Positions 11,801-25,471 of a stretch of DNA of 64,000 bases are shown here, one piece after another. How positions within the stretch are numbered: the first letter of the stretch is position 1; every line of letters begins with the position of its first letter. Source of the DNA: the human T2T-CHM13v2.0 reference genome, Homo sapiens. The stretch lies in NCBI RefSeq assembly GCF_009914755.1, contig NC_060943.1; one strand, given 5' to 3'. The notes beneath the pieces are model-generated. The model did no database searches and was not told the DNA's origin. It worked only from the letters and a program-made list of their open reading frames with translations. The translations under genes were made by a program, and so were the position numbers.

Positions 11801-14800
11801 TTTGCAAGTGGAGATTTCAGCCGCTTTGAGTTCAATGGTAGAATAGGAAATATCTTCCTATAGAAAGTACACAGAATGATTCTCAGAAACTGCTTTGTGA
11901 TGTGTGCGTTCAACTCACAGAGTTCAACCTTTCTTTTCATAGAGCAGTTGGGAAACACTCTGTTTGTAAAGTCTGCAAGTGGATATTCAGACTTCTTTGA
12001 GGCCTTCGTTGTAAGCGGGATTTCTTCATATTCTGCTAGACAGAAGAATTCTCAGTAACTTCCTTGTGTTGTGTGTATTCAACTCACAGAGTTGAACGAT
12101 CCTTTACACAGAGCAGACTTGAAACACTCTTTTTGTGGAATTTGCAAGTGGAGATTTCAGCCGCTTTGAGGTCAATGGTAGAATAGGAAATATCTTCCTA
12201 TAGAAACTAGACAGAATGATTCTCAGAAACTTCTTTGTGATGTGTGCGTTCAACTCACAGAGTTCAACCTTTCTTTTCATAGAGCAGTTGGGAAACACTC
12301 TGTTTGTAACGTCTGCAAGTGGATATTCAGACTTCTTTGAGGCCTTCGTTGGAAGCAGGATTTCTTCATGTTCTGCTAGACAGAAGAATTCTCAGAAACT
12401 TCCTTGTGTTGTGTGTTTTCAACTCACAGAGTTGAACGATCCTTTACACAGAGCAGACTTGAAACACTCCTTTTGTGGAATTTGCAAGTGGAGATTTCAG
12501 CCGCTTTGAGGTCAATGGTAGAATAGGAAATATCTTCCTATAGAAAGTAGACAGAATGATTCTCAGAAACTCCTTTGTGATGTGTGCGTTCAACTCACAG
12601 AGTTTAACCTTTCTTTTCATAGAGCAGTTAGGAAACACTCTGTTTGTAAAGTCTGCAAGTGGATATACAGACCTCCTTGAGGCCTTCGTTGGAAACAGGA
12701 TTTCTTCATATTCTGCTAGACAGAAGAATTCTCAGTAACTTCCTTGTGTTGTGTGTATTCAACTCAAAGAGTTGAACGATCCTTTACACAGAGCAGACTT
12801 GAAACACTCTTTTTGTGGAATTTGCAAGTGGAGATTTCAGCCGCTTTGAGGTCAATGGTAGAATAGGAAATATCTTCCTATAGAAACTAGACAGAATGAT
12901 TCTCATAACTCCTTTGTGATGTGTGCGTTCAACTCACAGAGTTCAACCTTTCTTTTCATAGAGCAGTTGGGAAACACTCTGTTTGTAAAGTCTGCAAGTG
13001 GATATTCAGACTTCTTTGAGGCCTTCGTTGGAAGCGGGATTTCTTCATATTCTGCTAGACAGAAGAATTCTCAGTAACTGCCTTGTGTTGTGTGTATTCA
13101 ACTCACAGAGTTGAACGATCCTTTACACAGAGCAGACTTGAAACACTCTTTTTGTGGAATTTGCAAGTGGAGATTTCAGCCGCTTTGAGGTCAATGGTAG
13201 AATAGGAAATATCTTCCTATAGAAACTAGACAGAATGATTCTCAGAAACTCCTTTGTGATGTGTGCGTTCAACTCACAGAGTTTACCCTTTCTTTTCATA
13301 GAGCAGTTAGGAAACACTCTGTTTGTAAAGTCTGCAAGTGGATATTCAGACATCCTTGAGGCTTTCGTTGGAAACGGGATTTCTTCATATTCTGCCAGAA
13401 AGAAGAATTCTCAGTAACTTCCTTGTGTTGTGTGTATTCAACTCACAGAGTTGAACGATCCTTTACACAGAGCAGACTTGAAACACTCTTTTTGTGGAAT
13501 TTGCAAGTGGAGATTTCAGCCGCTTTGAGGTCAATGGTAGAATAGGAAATATCTTCCTATAGAAACTAGACAGAATGATTCTCAGAAACTCCTTTGTGAT
13601 GTGTGCGTTCAACTCACAGAGTTCAACCTTTCTTTTCATAGAGCAGTTGGGAAACACTCTGTTTGTAAAGTCTGCAAGTGGATATTCAGACATCCTTGAG
13701 GCTTTCGTTGGAAACGGGATTTCTTCATATTCTGCTAGAAAGAAGAATTCTCAGTAACTTCCTTGTGTTGTGTGTATTCAACTCACAGAGTTGAACGATC
13801 CTTTACACAGAGCAGACTTGAAACACTCTTTTTGTGGAATTTGCAAGTGGAGATTTCAGCCGCTTTGAGGTCAATGGTAGAATAGGAAATATCTTCCTAT
13901 AGAAACTAGACAGAATGATTCTCAGAAACTCCTTTGTGATGTGTGCGTTCAACTCACACAGTTTAACCTTTCTTTTCATAGAGCAGTTAGGAAACACTCT
14001 GTTTGTAAAGTCTGCAAGTGGATATTCAGACCTCCTTGAGGCCTTCGTTGGAAACGGGATTTCTTCATATTATGCTAGACAGAAGAATTCTCAGGAACTT
14101 CCTTGTGTTGTGTGTATTCAACTCACAGAGTTGAACGATCCTTTACACAGAGCAGACTTGAAACACTCTTTTTGTGGAATTTGCAAGTGGAGATTTCAGC
14201 CGCTTTGAGTTCAATGGTAGAATAGGAAATATCTTCCTATAGAAAGTACACAGAATGATTCTCAGAAACTGCTTTGTGATGTGTGCGTTCAACTCACAGA
14301 GTTCAACCTTTCTTTTCATAGAGCAGTTGGGAAACACTCTGTTTGTAAAGTCTGCAAGTGGATATTCAGACTTCTTTGAGGCCTTCGTTGGAAGCGGGAT
14401 TTCTTCATATTCTGCTAGACAGAAGAATTCTCAGTAACTTCCTTGTGTTGTGTGTATTCAACTCACAGAGTTGAACGATCCTTTACACAGAGCAGACTTG
14501 AAACACTCTTTTTGTGGAATTTGCAAGTGGAGATTTCAGCCGCTTTGAGGTCAATGGTAGAATAGGAAATATCTTCCTATAGAAACTAGACAGAATGATT
14601 CTCAGAAACTCCTTTGTGATGTGTGCGTTCAACTCACAGAGTTCAACCTTTCTTTTCATAGAGCAGTTGGGAAACACTCTGTTTGTAAAGTCTGCAAGTG
14701 GATATTCAGACTTCTTTGAGGCCTTCGTTGGAAGCGGGATTTCTTCATGTTCTGCTAGACAGAAGAATTCTCAGAAACTTCCTTGTGTTGTGTGTTTTCA

Positions 14801-15953
14801 ACTCACAGAGTTGAACGATCCTTTACACAGAGCAGACTTGAAACACTCCTTTTGTGGAATTTGCAAGTGGAGATTTCAGCCGCTTTGAGTTCAATGGTAG
14901 AATAGGAAATATCTTCCTATAGAAAGTAGACAGAATGATTCTCAGAAACTCCTTTGAGATGTGTGCGTTCAACTCACAGAGTTTAACCTTTCTTTTCATA
15001 GAGCAGTTAGGAAACACTCTGTTTGTAAAGTCTGCAAGTGGATATTCAGACCTCCTTGAGGCCTTCGTTGGAAACAGGATTTCTTCATATTCTGCTAGAC
15101 AGAAGAATTCTCAGTAACTTCCTTGTGTTGTGTGTATTCAACTCACAGAGTTGAACGATCCTTTACACAGAGCAGACTTGAAACACTCTTTTTGTGGAAT
15201 TTGCAAGTGGAGATTTCAGCCGCTTTGAGTTCAATGGTAGAATAGGAAATATCTTCCTATAGAAGCTAGACAGAATGATTCTCATAACTCCTTTGTGATG
15301 TGTGCGTTCAACTCACAGAGTTCAACCTTTCTTTTCATAGAGCAGTTGGGAAACACTCTGTTTGTAAAGTCTGCAAGTGGATATTCAGACTTCTTTGAGG
15401 CCTTCGTTGGAAGCGGGATTTCTTCATATTCTGCTAGACAGAAGAATTCTCAGTAACTGCCTTGTGTTGTGTGTATTCAACTCACAGAGTTGAACGATCC
15501 TTTACACAGAGCAGACTTGAAACACTCTTTTTGTGGAATTTGCAAGTGGAGATTTCAGCCGCTTTGAGGTCAATGGTAGAATAGGAAATATCTTCCTATA
15601 GAAACTAGACAGAATGATTCTCAGAAACTCCTTTGTGATGTGTGCGTTCAACTCACAGAGTTTACCCTTTCTTTTCATAGAGCAGTTAGGAAACACTCTG
15701 TTTGTAAAGTCTGCAAGTGGATATTCAGACATCCTTGAGGCTTTCGTTGGAAACGGGATTTCTTCATATTCTGCCAGAAAGAAGAATTCTCAGTAACTTC
15801 CTTGTGTTGTGTGTATTCAACTCACAGAGTTGAACGATCCTTTACACAGAGCAGACTTGAAACACTCTTTTTGTGGAATTTGCAAGTGGAGATTTCAGCC
15901 GCTTTGAGGTCAATGGTAGAATAGGAAATATCTTCCTATAGAAACTAGACAGA
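8817..15953. repeat. Three tandem copies of a 2379-bp (7-dimer, 14-monomer) super-unit
   Basis: 339-bp dimers at 10517, 12896 and 15275 are 2379 bp apart. Private variants shared by copies 1 and 2 sit at 9853/12232, 9931/12310, 10288/12667 and 10388/12767. Confidence 0.9.
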
Positions 15954-18900
15954 ATGATTCTCAGAAACTCCTTTGTGATGTGTGCGTTCAACTCACAGAG
16001 TTTAACCTTTCTTTTCATAGAGCAGTTAGGAAACACTCTGTTTGTAAAGTCTGCAAGTGGATATTCAGACATCCTTGAGGCTTTCGTTGGAAACGGGATT
16101 TCTTCATATTCTGCTAGAAAGAAGAATTCCCAGTAACTTCCTTGTGTTGTGTGTATTCAACTCACAGAGTTGAACGATCCTTTACACAGAGCAGACTTGA
16201 AACACTCTTTTTGTGGAATTTGCAAGTGGAGATTTCAGCCGCTTTGAGGTCAATGGTAGAATAGGAAATATCTTCCTATAGAAACTAGACAGAATGATTC
16301 TCAGAAACTCCTTTGTGATGTGTGCGTTCAACTCACACAGTTTAACCTTTCTTTTCATAGATCAGTTAGGAAACACTCTGTTTGTAAAGTCTGCAAGTGG
16401 ATATTCAGACCTCCTTGAGGCCTTCGTTGGAAACGGGATTTCTTCATATTATGCTAGACAGAAGAATTCTCAGGAACTTCCTTGTGTTGTGTGTATTCAA
16501 CTCACAGAGTTGAACGATCCTTTACACAGAGCAGACTTGAAACACTCTTTTTGTGGAATTTGCAAGTGGAGATTTCAGCCGCTTTGAGTTCAATGGTAGA
16601 ATAGGAAATATCTTCCTATAGAAAGTACACAGAATGATTCTCAGAAACTGCTTTGTGATGTGTGCGTTCAACTCACAGAGTTCAACCTTTCTTTTCATAG
16701 AGCAGTTGGGAAACACTCTGTTTGTAAAGTCTGCAAGTGGATATTCAGACTTCTTTGAGGCCTTCTTTGGAAGCGGGATTTCTTCATATTCTGCTAGACA
16801 GAAGAATTCTCAGTAACTTCCTTGTGTTGTGTGTATTCAACTCACAGAGTTGAACGATCCTTTACACAGAGCAGACTTGAAACACTCTTTTTGTGGAATT
16901 TGCAAGTGGAGATTTCAGCCGCTTTGAGGTCAATGGTAGAATAGGAAATATCTTCCTATAGAAACTAGACAGAATGATTCTCAGAAACTCCTTTGTGATG
17001 TGTGCGTTCAACTCACAGAGTTCAACCTTTCTTTTCATAGAGCAGTTGGGAAACACTCTGTTTGTAAAGTCTGCAAGTGGATATTCAGACTTCTTTGAGG
17101 CCTTCGTTGGAAGCGGGATTTCTTCATGTTCTGCTAGACAGAAGAATTCTCAGAAACTTCCTTGTGTTGTGTGTTTTCAACTCACAGAGTTGAACGATCC
17201 TTTACACAGAGCAGACTTGAAACACTCCTTTTGTGGAATTTGCAAGTGGAGATTTCAGCCGCTTTGAGGTCAATGGTAGAATAGGAAATATCTTCCTATA
17301 GAAAGTAGACAGAATGATTCTCAGAAACTCCTTTGTGATGTGTGCGTTCAACTCACAGAGTTCAACCTTTCTTTTCATAGAGCAGTTGGGAAACACTCTG
17401 TTTGTAAAGTCTGCAAGTGGATATTCAGACTTCTTTGAGGCCTTCGTTGGAAGCGGGATTTCTTCATATTCTGCTAGACAGAAGAATTCTCAGTAACTGC
17501 CTTGTGTTGTGTGTATTCAACTCACAGAGTTGAACGATCCTTTACACAGAGCAGACTTGAAACACTCTTTTTGTGGAATTTGCAAGTGGAGATTTCAGCC
17601 GCTTTGAGGTCAATGGTAGAATAGGAAATATCTTCCTATAGAAACTAGACAGAATGATTCTCAGAAACTCCTTTGTGATGTGTGCGTTCAACTCACAGAG
17701 TTTACCCTTTCTTTTCATAGAGCAGTTAGGAAACACTCTGTTTGTAAAGTCTGCAAGTGGATATTCAGACATCCTTGAGGCTTTCGTTGGAAACGGGATT
17801 TCTTCATATTCTGCCAGAAAGAAGAATTCTCAGTAACTTCCTTGTGTTGTGTGTATTCAACTCACAGAGTTGAACGATCCTTTACACAGAGCAGACTTGA
17901 AACACTCTTTTTGTGGAATTTGCAAGTGGAGATTTCAGCCGCTTTGAGGTCAATGGTAGAATAGGAAATATCTTCCTATAGAAACTAGACAGAATGATTC
18001 TCAGAAACTCCTTTGTGATGTGTGCGTTCAACTCACAGAGTTTAACCATTCTTTTCATAGAGCAGTTAGGAAACACTCTGTTTGTAAAGTCTGCAAGTGG
18101 ATATTCAGACATCCTTGAGGCTTTCGTTGGAAACGGGATTTCTTCATATTCTGCTAGAAAGAAGAATTCTCAGTAACTTCCTTGTGTTGTGTGTATTCAA
18201 CTCACAGAGTTGAACGATTCTTTACACAGAGCAGACTTGAAACACTCTTTTTGTGGAATTTGCAAGTGGAGATTTCAGCCGCTTTGAGGTCAATGGTAGA
18301 ATAGGAAATATCTTCCTATAGAAACTAGACAGAATGATTCTCAGAAACTCCTTTGTGATGTGTGCGTTCAACTCACAGAGTTTAACCTTTCTTTTCATAG
18401 AGCAGTTGGGAAACACTCTGTTTGTAAAGTCTGCAAGTGGATATTCAGACATCCTTGAGGCTTTCGTTGGAAACGGGATTTCTTCATATTCTGCTAGAAA
18501 GAAGAATTCCCAGTAACTTCCTTGTGTTGTGTGTATTCAACTCACAGAGTTGAACGATCCTTTACACAGAGCAGACTTGAAACACTCTTTTTGTGGAATT
18601 TGCAAGTGGAGATTTCAGCCGCTTTGAGGTCAATGGTAGAATAGGAAATATCTTCCTATAGAAACTAGACAGAATGATTCTCAGAAACTCCTTTGTGATG
18701 TGTGCGTTCAACTCACACAGTTTAACCTTTCTTTTCATAGAGCAGTTAGGAAACACTCTGTTTGTAAAGTCTGCAAGTGGATATTCAGACCTCCTTGAGG
18801 CCTTCGTTGGAAACGGGATTTCTTCATATTATGCTAGACAGAAGAATTCTCAGTAACTTCCTTGTGTTGTGTGTATTCAACTCACAGAGTTGAACGATCC

Positions 18901-20033
18901 TTTACACAGAGCAGACTTGAAACACTCTTTTTGTGGAATTTGCAAGTGGAGATTTCAGCCGCTTTGAGTTCAATGGTAGAATAGGAAATATCTTCCTATA
19001 GAAACTAGACAGAATGATTCTCAGAAACTCCTTTGTGATGTGTGCGTTCACCTCACAGAGTTCAACCTTTCTTTTCATAGAGCAGTTGGGAAACACTCTG
19101 TTTGTAAAGTCTGCAAGTGGATATTCAGACTTCTTTGAGGCCTTCGTTGGAAGCGGGATTTCTTCATATTCTGCTAGACAGAAGAATTCTCAGTAACTGC
19201 CTTGTGTTGTGTGTATTCAACTCACAGAGTTGAACGATCCTTTACACAGAGCAGACTTGAAACACTCTTTTTGTGGAATTTGCAAGTGGAGATTTCAGCC
19301 GCTTTGAGGTCAATGGTAGAATAGGAAATATCTTCCTATAGAAACTAGACAGAATGATTCTCAGAAACTCCTTTGTGATGTGTGCGTTCAACTCACAGAG
19401 TTCAACCTTTCTTTTCATAGAGCAGTTGGGAAACACTCTGTTTGTAAAGTCTGCAAGTGGATATTCAGACTTCTTTGAGGCCTTCGTTGGAAGCGGGATT
19501 TCTTCATATTCTGCTAGACAGAAGAATTCTCAGTAACTGCCTTGTGTTGTGTTTATTCAACTCACAGAGTTGAACGATCCTTTACACAGAGCAGACTTGA
19601 AACACTCTTTTTGTGGAATTTGCAAGTGGAGATTTCAGCCGCTTTGAGGTCAATGGTAGAATAGGAAATATCTTCCTATAGAAACTAGACAGAATGATTC
19701 TCAGAAACTCCTTTGTGATGTGTGCGTTCAACTCACAGAGTTTAACCATTCTTTTCATAGAGCAGTTAGGAAACACTCTGTTTGTAAAGTCTGCAAGTGG
19801 ATATTCAGACATCCTTGAGGCTTTCGTTGGAAACGGGATTTCTTCATATTCTGCTAGAAAGAAGAATTCTCAGTAACTTCCTTGTGTTGTGTGTATTCAA
19901 CTCACAGAGTTGAACGATCCTTTACACAGAGCAGACTTGAAACACTCTTTTTGTGGAATTTGCAAGTGGAGATTTCAGCCGCTTTGAGGTCAATGGTAGA
20001 ATAGGAAATATCTTCCTATAGAAACTAGACAGA

Positions 20034-22753
20034 ATGATTCTCAGAAACTCCTTTGTGATGTGTGCGTTCAACTCACAGAGTTTAACCTTTCTTTTCATAG
20101 AGCAGTTGGGAAACACTCTGTTTGTAAAGTCTGCAAGTGGATATTCAGACATCCTTGAGGCTTTCGTTGGAAACGGGATTTCTTCATATTCTGCTAGAAA
20201 GAAGAATTCTCAGTAACTTCCTTGTGTTGTGTGTATTCAACTCACAGAGTTGAACGATCCTTTACACAGAGCAGACTTGAAACACTCTTTTTGTGGAATT
20301 TGCAAGTGGAGATTTCAGCCGCTTTGAGGTCAATGGTAGAATAGGAAATATCTTCCTATAGAAACTAGACAGAATGATTCTCAGAAACTCCTTTGTGATG
20401 TGTGCGTTCAACTCACACAGTTTAACCTTTCTTTTCATAGAGCAGTTAGGAAACACTCTGTTTGTAAAGTCTGCAAGTGGATATTCAGACCTCCTTGAGG
20501 CCTTCGTTGGAAACGGGATTTCTTCATATTATGCTAGACAGAAGAATTCTCAGTAACTTCCTTGTGTTGTGTGTATTCAACTCACAGAGTTGAACGATCC
20601 TTTACACAGAGCAGACTTGAAACACTCCTTTTGTGGAATTTGCAAGTGGAGATTTCAGCCGCTTTGAGGTCAATGGTAGAATAGGAAATATCTTCCTATA
20701 GAAAGTAGACAGAATGATTCTCAGAAACTCCTTTGTGATGTGTGCGTTCAACTCACAGAGTTTAACCTTTCTTTTCATAGAGCAGTTAGGAAACACTCTG
20801 TTTGTAAAGTCTGCAAGTGGATATTCAGACCTCCTTGAGGCCTTCGTTGGAAACGGGATTTCTTCATATTATGCTAGACAGAAGAATTCTCAGTAACTTC
20901 CTTGTGTTGTGTGTATTCAACTCACAGAGTTGAACGATCCTTTACACAGAGCAGACTTGAAACACTCTTTTTGTGGAATTTGCAAGTGGAGATTTCAGCC
21001 GCTTTGAGTTCAATGGTAGAATAGGAAATATCTTCCTATAGAAACTAGACAGAATGATTCTCAGAAACTCCTTTGTGATGTGTGCGTTCACCTCACAGAG
21101 TTCAACCTTTCTTTTCATAGAGCAGTTGGGAAACACTCTGTTTGTAAAGTCTGCAAGTGGATATTCAGACTTCTTTGAGGCCTTCGTTGGAAGCGGGATT
21201 TCTTCATATTCTGCTAGACAGAAGAATTCTCAGTAACTGCCTTGTGTTGTGTGTATTCAACTCACAGAGTTGAACGATCCTTTACACAGAGCAGACTTGA
21301 AACACTCTTTTTGTGGAATTTGCAAGTGGAGATTTCAGCCGCTTTGAGGTCAATGGTAGAATAGGAAATATCTTCCTATAGAAACTAGACAGAATGATTC
21401 TCAGAAACTCCTTTGTGATGTGTGCGTTCAACTCACAGAGTTTAACCTTTCTTTTCATAGAGCAGTTGGGAAACACTCTGTTTGTAAAGTCTGCAAGTGG
21501 ATATTCAGACATCCTTGAGGCTTTCGTTGGAAACGGGATTTCTTCATATTCTGCTAGAAAGAAGAATTCTCAGTAACTTCCTTGTGTTGTGTGTATTCAA
21601 CTCACAGAGTTGAACGATCCTTTACACAGAGCAGACTTGAAACACTCTTTTTGTGGAATTTGCAAGTGGAGATTTCAGCCGCTTTGAGGTCAATGGTAGA
21701 ATAGGAAATATCTTCCTATAGAAACTAGACAGAATGATTCTCAGAAACTCCTTTGTGATGTGTGCGTTCAACTCACACAGTTTAACCTTTCTTTTCATAG
21801 AGCAGTTAGGAAACACTCTGTTTGTAAAGTCTGCAAGTGGATATTCAGACCTCCTTGAGGCCTTCGTTGGAAACGGGATTTCTTCATATTATGCTAGACA
21901 GAAGAATTCTCAGTAACTTCCTTGTGTTGTGTGTATTCAACTCACAGAGTTGAACGATCCTTTACACAGAGCAGACTTGAAACACTCCTTTTGTGGAATT
22001 TGCAAGTGGAGATTTCAGCCGCTTTGAGGTCAATGGTAGAATAGGAAATATCTTCCTATAGAAAGTAGACAGAATGATTCTCAGAAACTCCTTTGTGATG
22101 TGTGCGTTCAACTCACAGAGTTTAACCTTTCTTTTCATAGAGCAGTTAGGAAACACTCTGTTTGTAAAGTCTGCAAGTGGATATTCAGACCTCCTTGAGG
22201 CCTTCGTTGGAAACGGGATTTCTTCATATTATGCTAGACAGAAGAATTCTCAGTAACTTCCTTGTGTTGTGTGTATTCAACTCACAGAGTTGAACGATCC
22301 TTTACACAGAGCAGACTTGAAACACTCTTTTTGTGGAATTTGCAAGTGGAGATTTCAGCCGCTTTGAGTTCAATGGTAGAATAGGAAATATCTTCCTATA
22401 GAAACTAGACAGAATGATTCTCAGAAACTCCTTTGTGATGTGTGCGTTCACCTCACAGAGTTCAACCTTTCTTTTCATAGAGCAGTTGGGAAACACTCTG
22501 TTTGTAAAGTCTGCAAGTGGATATTCAGACTTCTTTGAGGCCTTCGTTGGAAGCGGGATTTCTTCATATTCTGCTAGACAGAAGAATTCTCAGTAACTGC
22601 CTTGTGTTGTGTGTATTCAACTCACAGAGTTGAACGATCCTTTACACAGAGCAGACTTGAAACACTCTTTTTGTGGAATTTGCAAGTGGAGATTTCAGCC
22701 GCTTTGAGGTCAATGGTAGAATAGGAAATATCTTCCTATAGAAACTAGACAGA
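20034..22753. repeat. Tandem duplication of a 1360-bp (4-dimer) block
   Basis: The dimer-type order at 20034, 20374, 20714, 21054 is repeated at 21394, 21734, 22074, 22414 (identical ORF translations on both strands). Confidence 0.8.
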
Positions 22754-25471
22754 ATGATTCTCAGAAACTCCTTTGTGATGTGTGCGTTCAACTCACAGAG
22801 TTCAACCTTTCTTTTCATAGAGCAGTTGGGAAACACTCTGTTTGTAAAGTCTGCAAGTGGATATTCAGACTTCTTTGAGGCCTTCGTTGGAAGCGGGATT
22901 TCTTCATATTCTGCTAGACAGAAGAATTCTCAGTAACTGCCTTGTGTTGTGTTTATTCAACTCACAGAGTTGAACGATCCTTTACACAGAGCAGACTTGA
23001 AACACTCTTTTTGTGGAATTTGCAAGTGGAGATTTCAGCCGCTTTGAGGTCAATGGTAGAATAGGAAATATCTTCCTATAGAAACTAGACAGAATGATTC
23101 TCAGAAACTCCTTTGTGATGTGTGCGTTCAACTCACAGAGTTTAACCTTTCTTTTCATAGAGCAGTTAGGAAACACTCTGTTTGTAAAGTCTGCAAGTGG
23201 ATATTCAGACATCCTTGAGGCTTTCGTTGGAAACGGGATTTCTTCATATTCTGCTAGAAAGAAGAATTCCCAGTAACTTCCTTGTGTTGTGTGTATTCAA
23301 CTCACAGAGTTGAACGATCCTTTACACAGAGCAGACTTGAAACACTCCTTTTTTGGAATTTGCAAGTGGAGATTTCAGCCGCTTTGAGGTCAATGGTAGA
23401 ATAGGAAATATCTTCCTATAGAAAGTAGACAGAATGATTCTCAGAAACTCCTTTGTGATGTGTGCGTTCAACTCACAGAGTTTAACCTTTCTTTTCATAG
23501 AGCAGTTAGGAAACACTCTGTTTGTAAAGTCTGCAAGTGGATATTCAGACCTCCTTGAGGCCTTCTTTGGAAACAGGATTTCTTCATATTCTGCTAGAAA
23601 GAAGAATTCTCAGTAACTTCCTTGTGTTGTGTGTATTCAACTCACAGAGTTGAACGATCCTTTACACAGAGCAGACTTGAAACACTCTTTTTGTGGAATT
23701 TGCAAGTGGAGATTTCAGCCGCTTTGAGTTCAATGGTAGAATAGGAAATATCTTCCTATAGAAACTAGACAGAATGATTCTCATAACTCCTTTGTGATGT
23801 GTGCGTTCAACTCACAGAGTTCAACCTTTCTTTTCATAGAGCAGTTGGGAAACACTCTGTTTGTAAAGTCTGCAAGTGGATATTCAGACATCCTTGAGGC
23901 CTTCGTTGGAAGCGGGATTTCTTCATATTCTGCTAGACAGAAGAATTCTCAGTAACTTCCTTGTGTTGTGTGTATTCAACTCACAGAGTTGAACGATCCT
24001 TTACACAGAGCAGACTTGAAACACTCTTTTTGTGGAATTTGCAAGTGGAGATTTCAGCCGCTTTGAGGTCAATGGTAGAATAGGAAATATCTTCCTATAG
24101 AAACTAGACAGAATGATTCTCAGAAACTCCTTTGTGATGTGTGCGTTCAACTCACAGAGTTCAACCTTTCTTTTCATAGAGCAGTTGGGAAACACTCTGT
24201 TTGTAAAGTCTGCAAGTGGATATTCAGACTTCTTTGAGGCCTTCGTTGGAAGCGGGATTTCTTCATATTCTGCTAGACAGAAGAATTCTCAGTAACTGCC
24301 TTGTGTTGTGTTTATTCAACTCACAGAGTTGAACGATCCTTTACACAGAGCAGACTTGAAACACTCTTTTTGTGGAATTTGCAAGTGGAGATTTCAGCCG
24401 CTTTGAGGTCAATGGTAGAATAGGAAATATCTTCCTATAGAAACTAGACAGAATGATTCTCAGAAACTCCTTTGTGATGTGTGCGTTCAACTCACAGAGT
24501 TTAACCTTTCTTTTCATAGAGCAGTTAGGAAACACTCTGTTTGTAAAGTCTGCAAGTGGATATTCAGACATCCTTGAGGCTTTCGTTGGAAACGGGATTT
24601 CTTCATATTCTGCTAGAAAGAAGAATTCCCAGTAACTTCCTTGTGTTGTGTGTATTCAACTCACAGAGTTGAACGATCCTTTACACAGAGCAGACTTGAA
24701 ACACTCCTTTTTTGGAATTTGCAAGTGGAGATTTCAGCCGCTTTGAGGTCAATGGTAGAATAGGAAATATCTTCCTATAGAAAGTAGACAGAATGATTCT
24801 CAGAAACTCCTTTGTGATGTGTGCGTTCAACTCACAGAGTTTAACCTTTCTTTTCATAGAGCAGTTAGGAAACACTCTGTTTGTAAAGTCTGCAAGTGGA
24901 TATTCAGACCTCCTTGAGGCCTTCTTTGGAAACAGGATTTCTTCATATTCTGCTAGAAAGAAGAATTCTCAGTAACTTCCTTGTGTTGTGTGTATTCAAC
25001 TCACAGAGTTGAACGATCCTTTACACAGAGCAGACTTGAAACACTCTTTTTGTGGAATGTGCAAGTGGAGATTTCAGCCGCTTTGAGTTCAATGGTAGAA
25101 TAGGAAATATCTTCCTATAGAAACTAGACAGAATGATTCTCATAACTCCTTTGTGATGTGTGCGTTCAACTCACAGAGTTCAACCTTTCTTTTCATAGAG
25201 CAGTTGGGAAACACTCTGTTTGTAAAGTCTGCAAGTGGATATTCAGACATCCTTGAGGCCTTCGTTGGAAGCGGGATTTCTTCATATTCTGCTAGACAGA
25301 AGAATTCTCAGTAACTGCCTTGTGTTGTGTGTATTCAACTCACAGAGTTGAACGATCCTTTACACAGAGCAGACTTGAAACACTCTTTTTGTGGAATTTG
25401 CAAGTGGAGATTTCAGCCGCTTTGAGGTCAATGGTAGAATAGGAAATATCTTCCTATACAAACTAGACAGA
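22754..25471. repeat. Tandem duplication of a 1359-bp (4-dimer) block
   Basis: Private G>T at 23353/24712, doubly mutated CENP-B boxes at 23562/24921, and 339-bp dimers at 23774/25133. Confidence 0.9.

Noticed and set aside
1125-12020. CENP-B box variants CGGGT (1125-1141) and TTGTAAGC (3505, 9625, 12004) as broken boxes
   Set aside because: The changes are at positions 17 and 9, outside the nine core bases of NTTCGNNNNANNCGGGN, so they are counted as intact.
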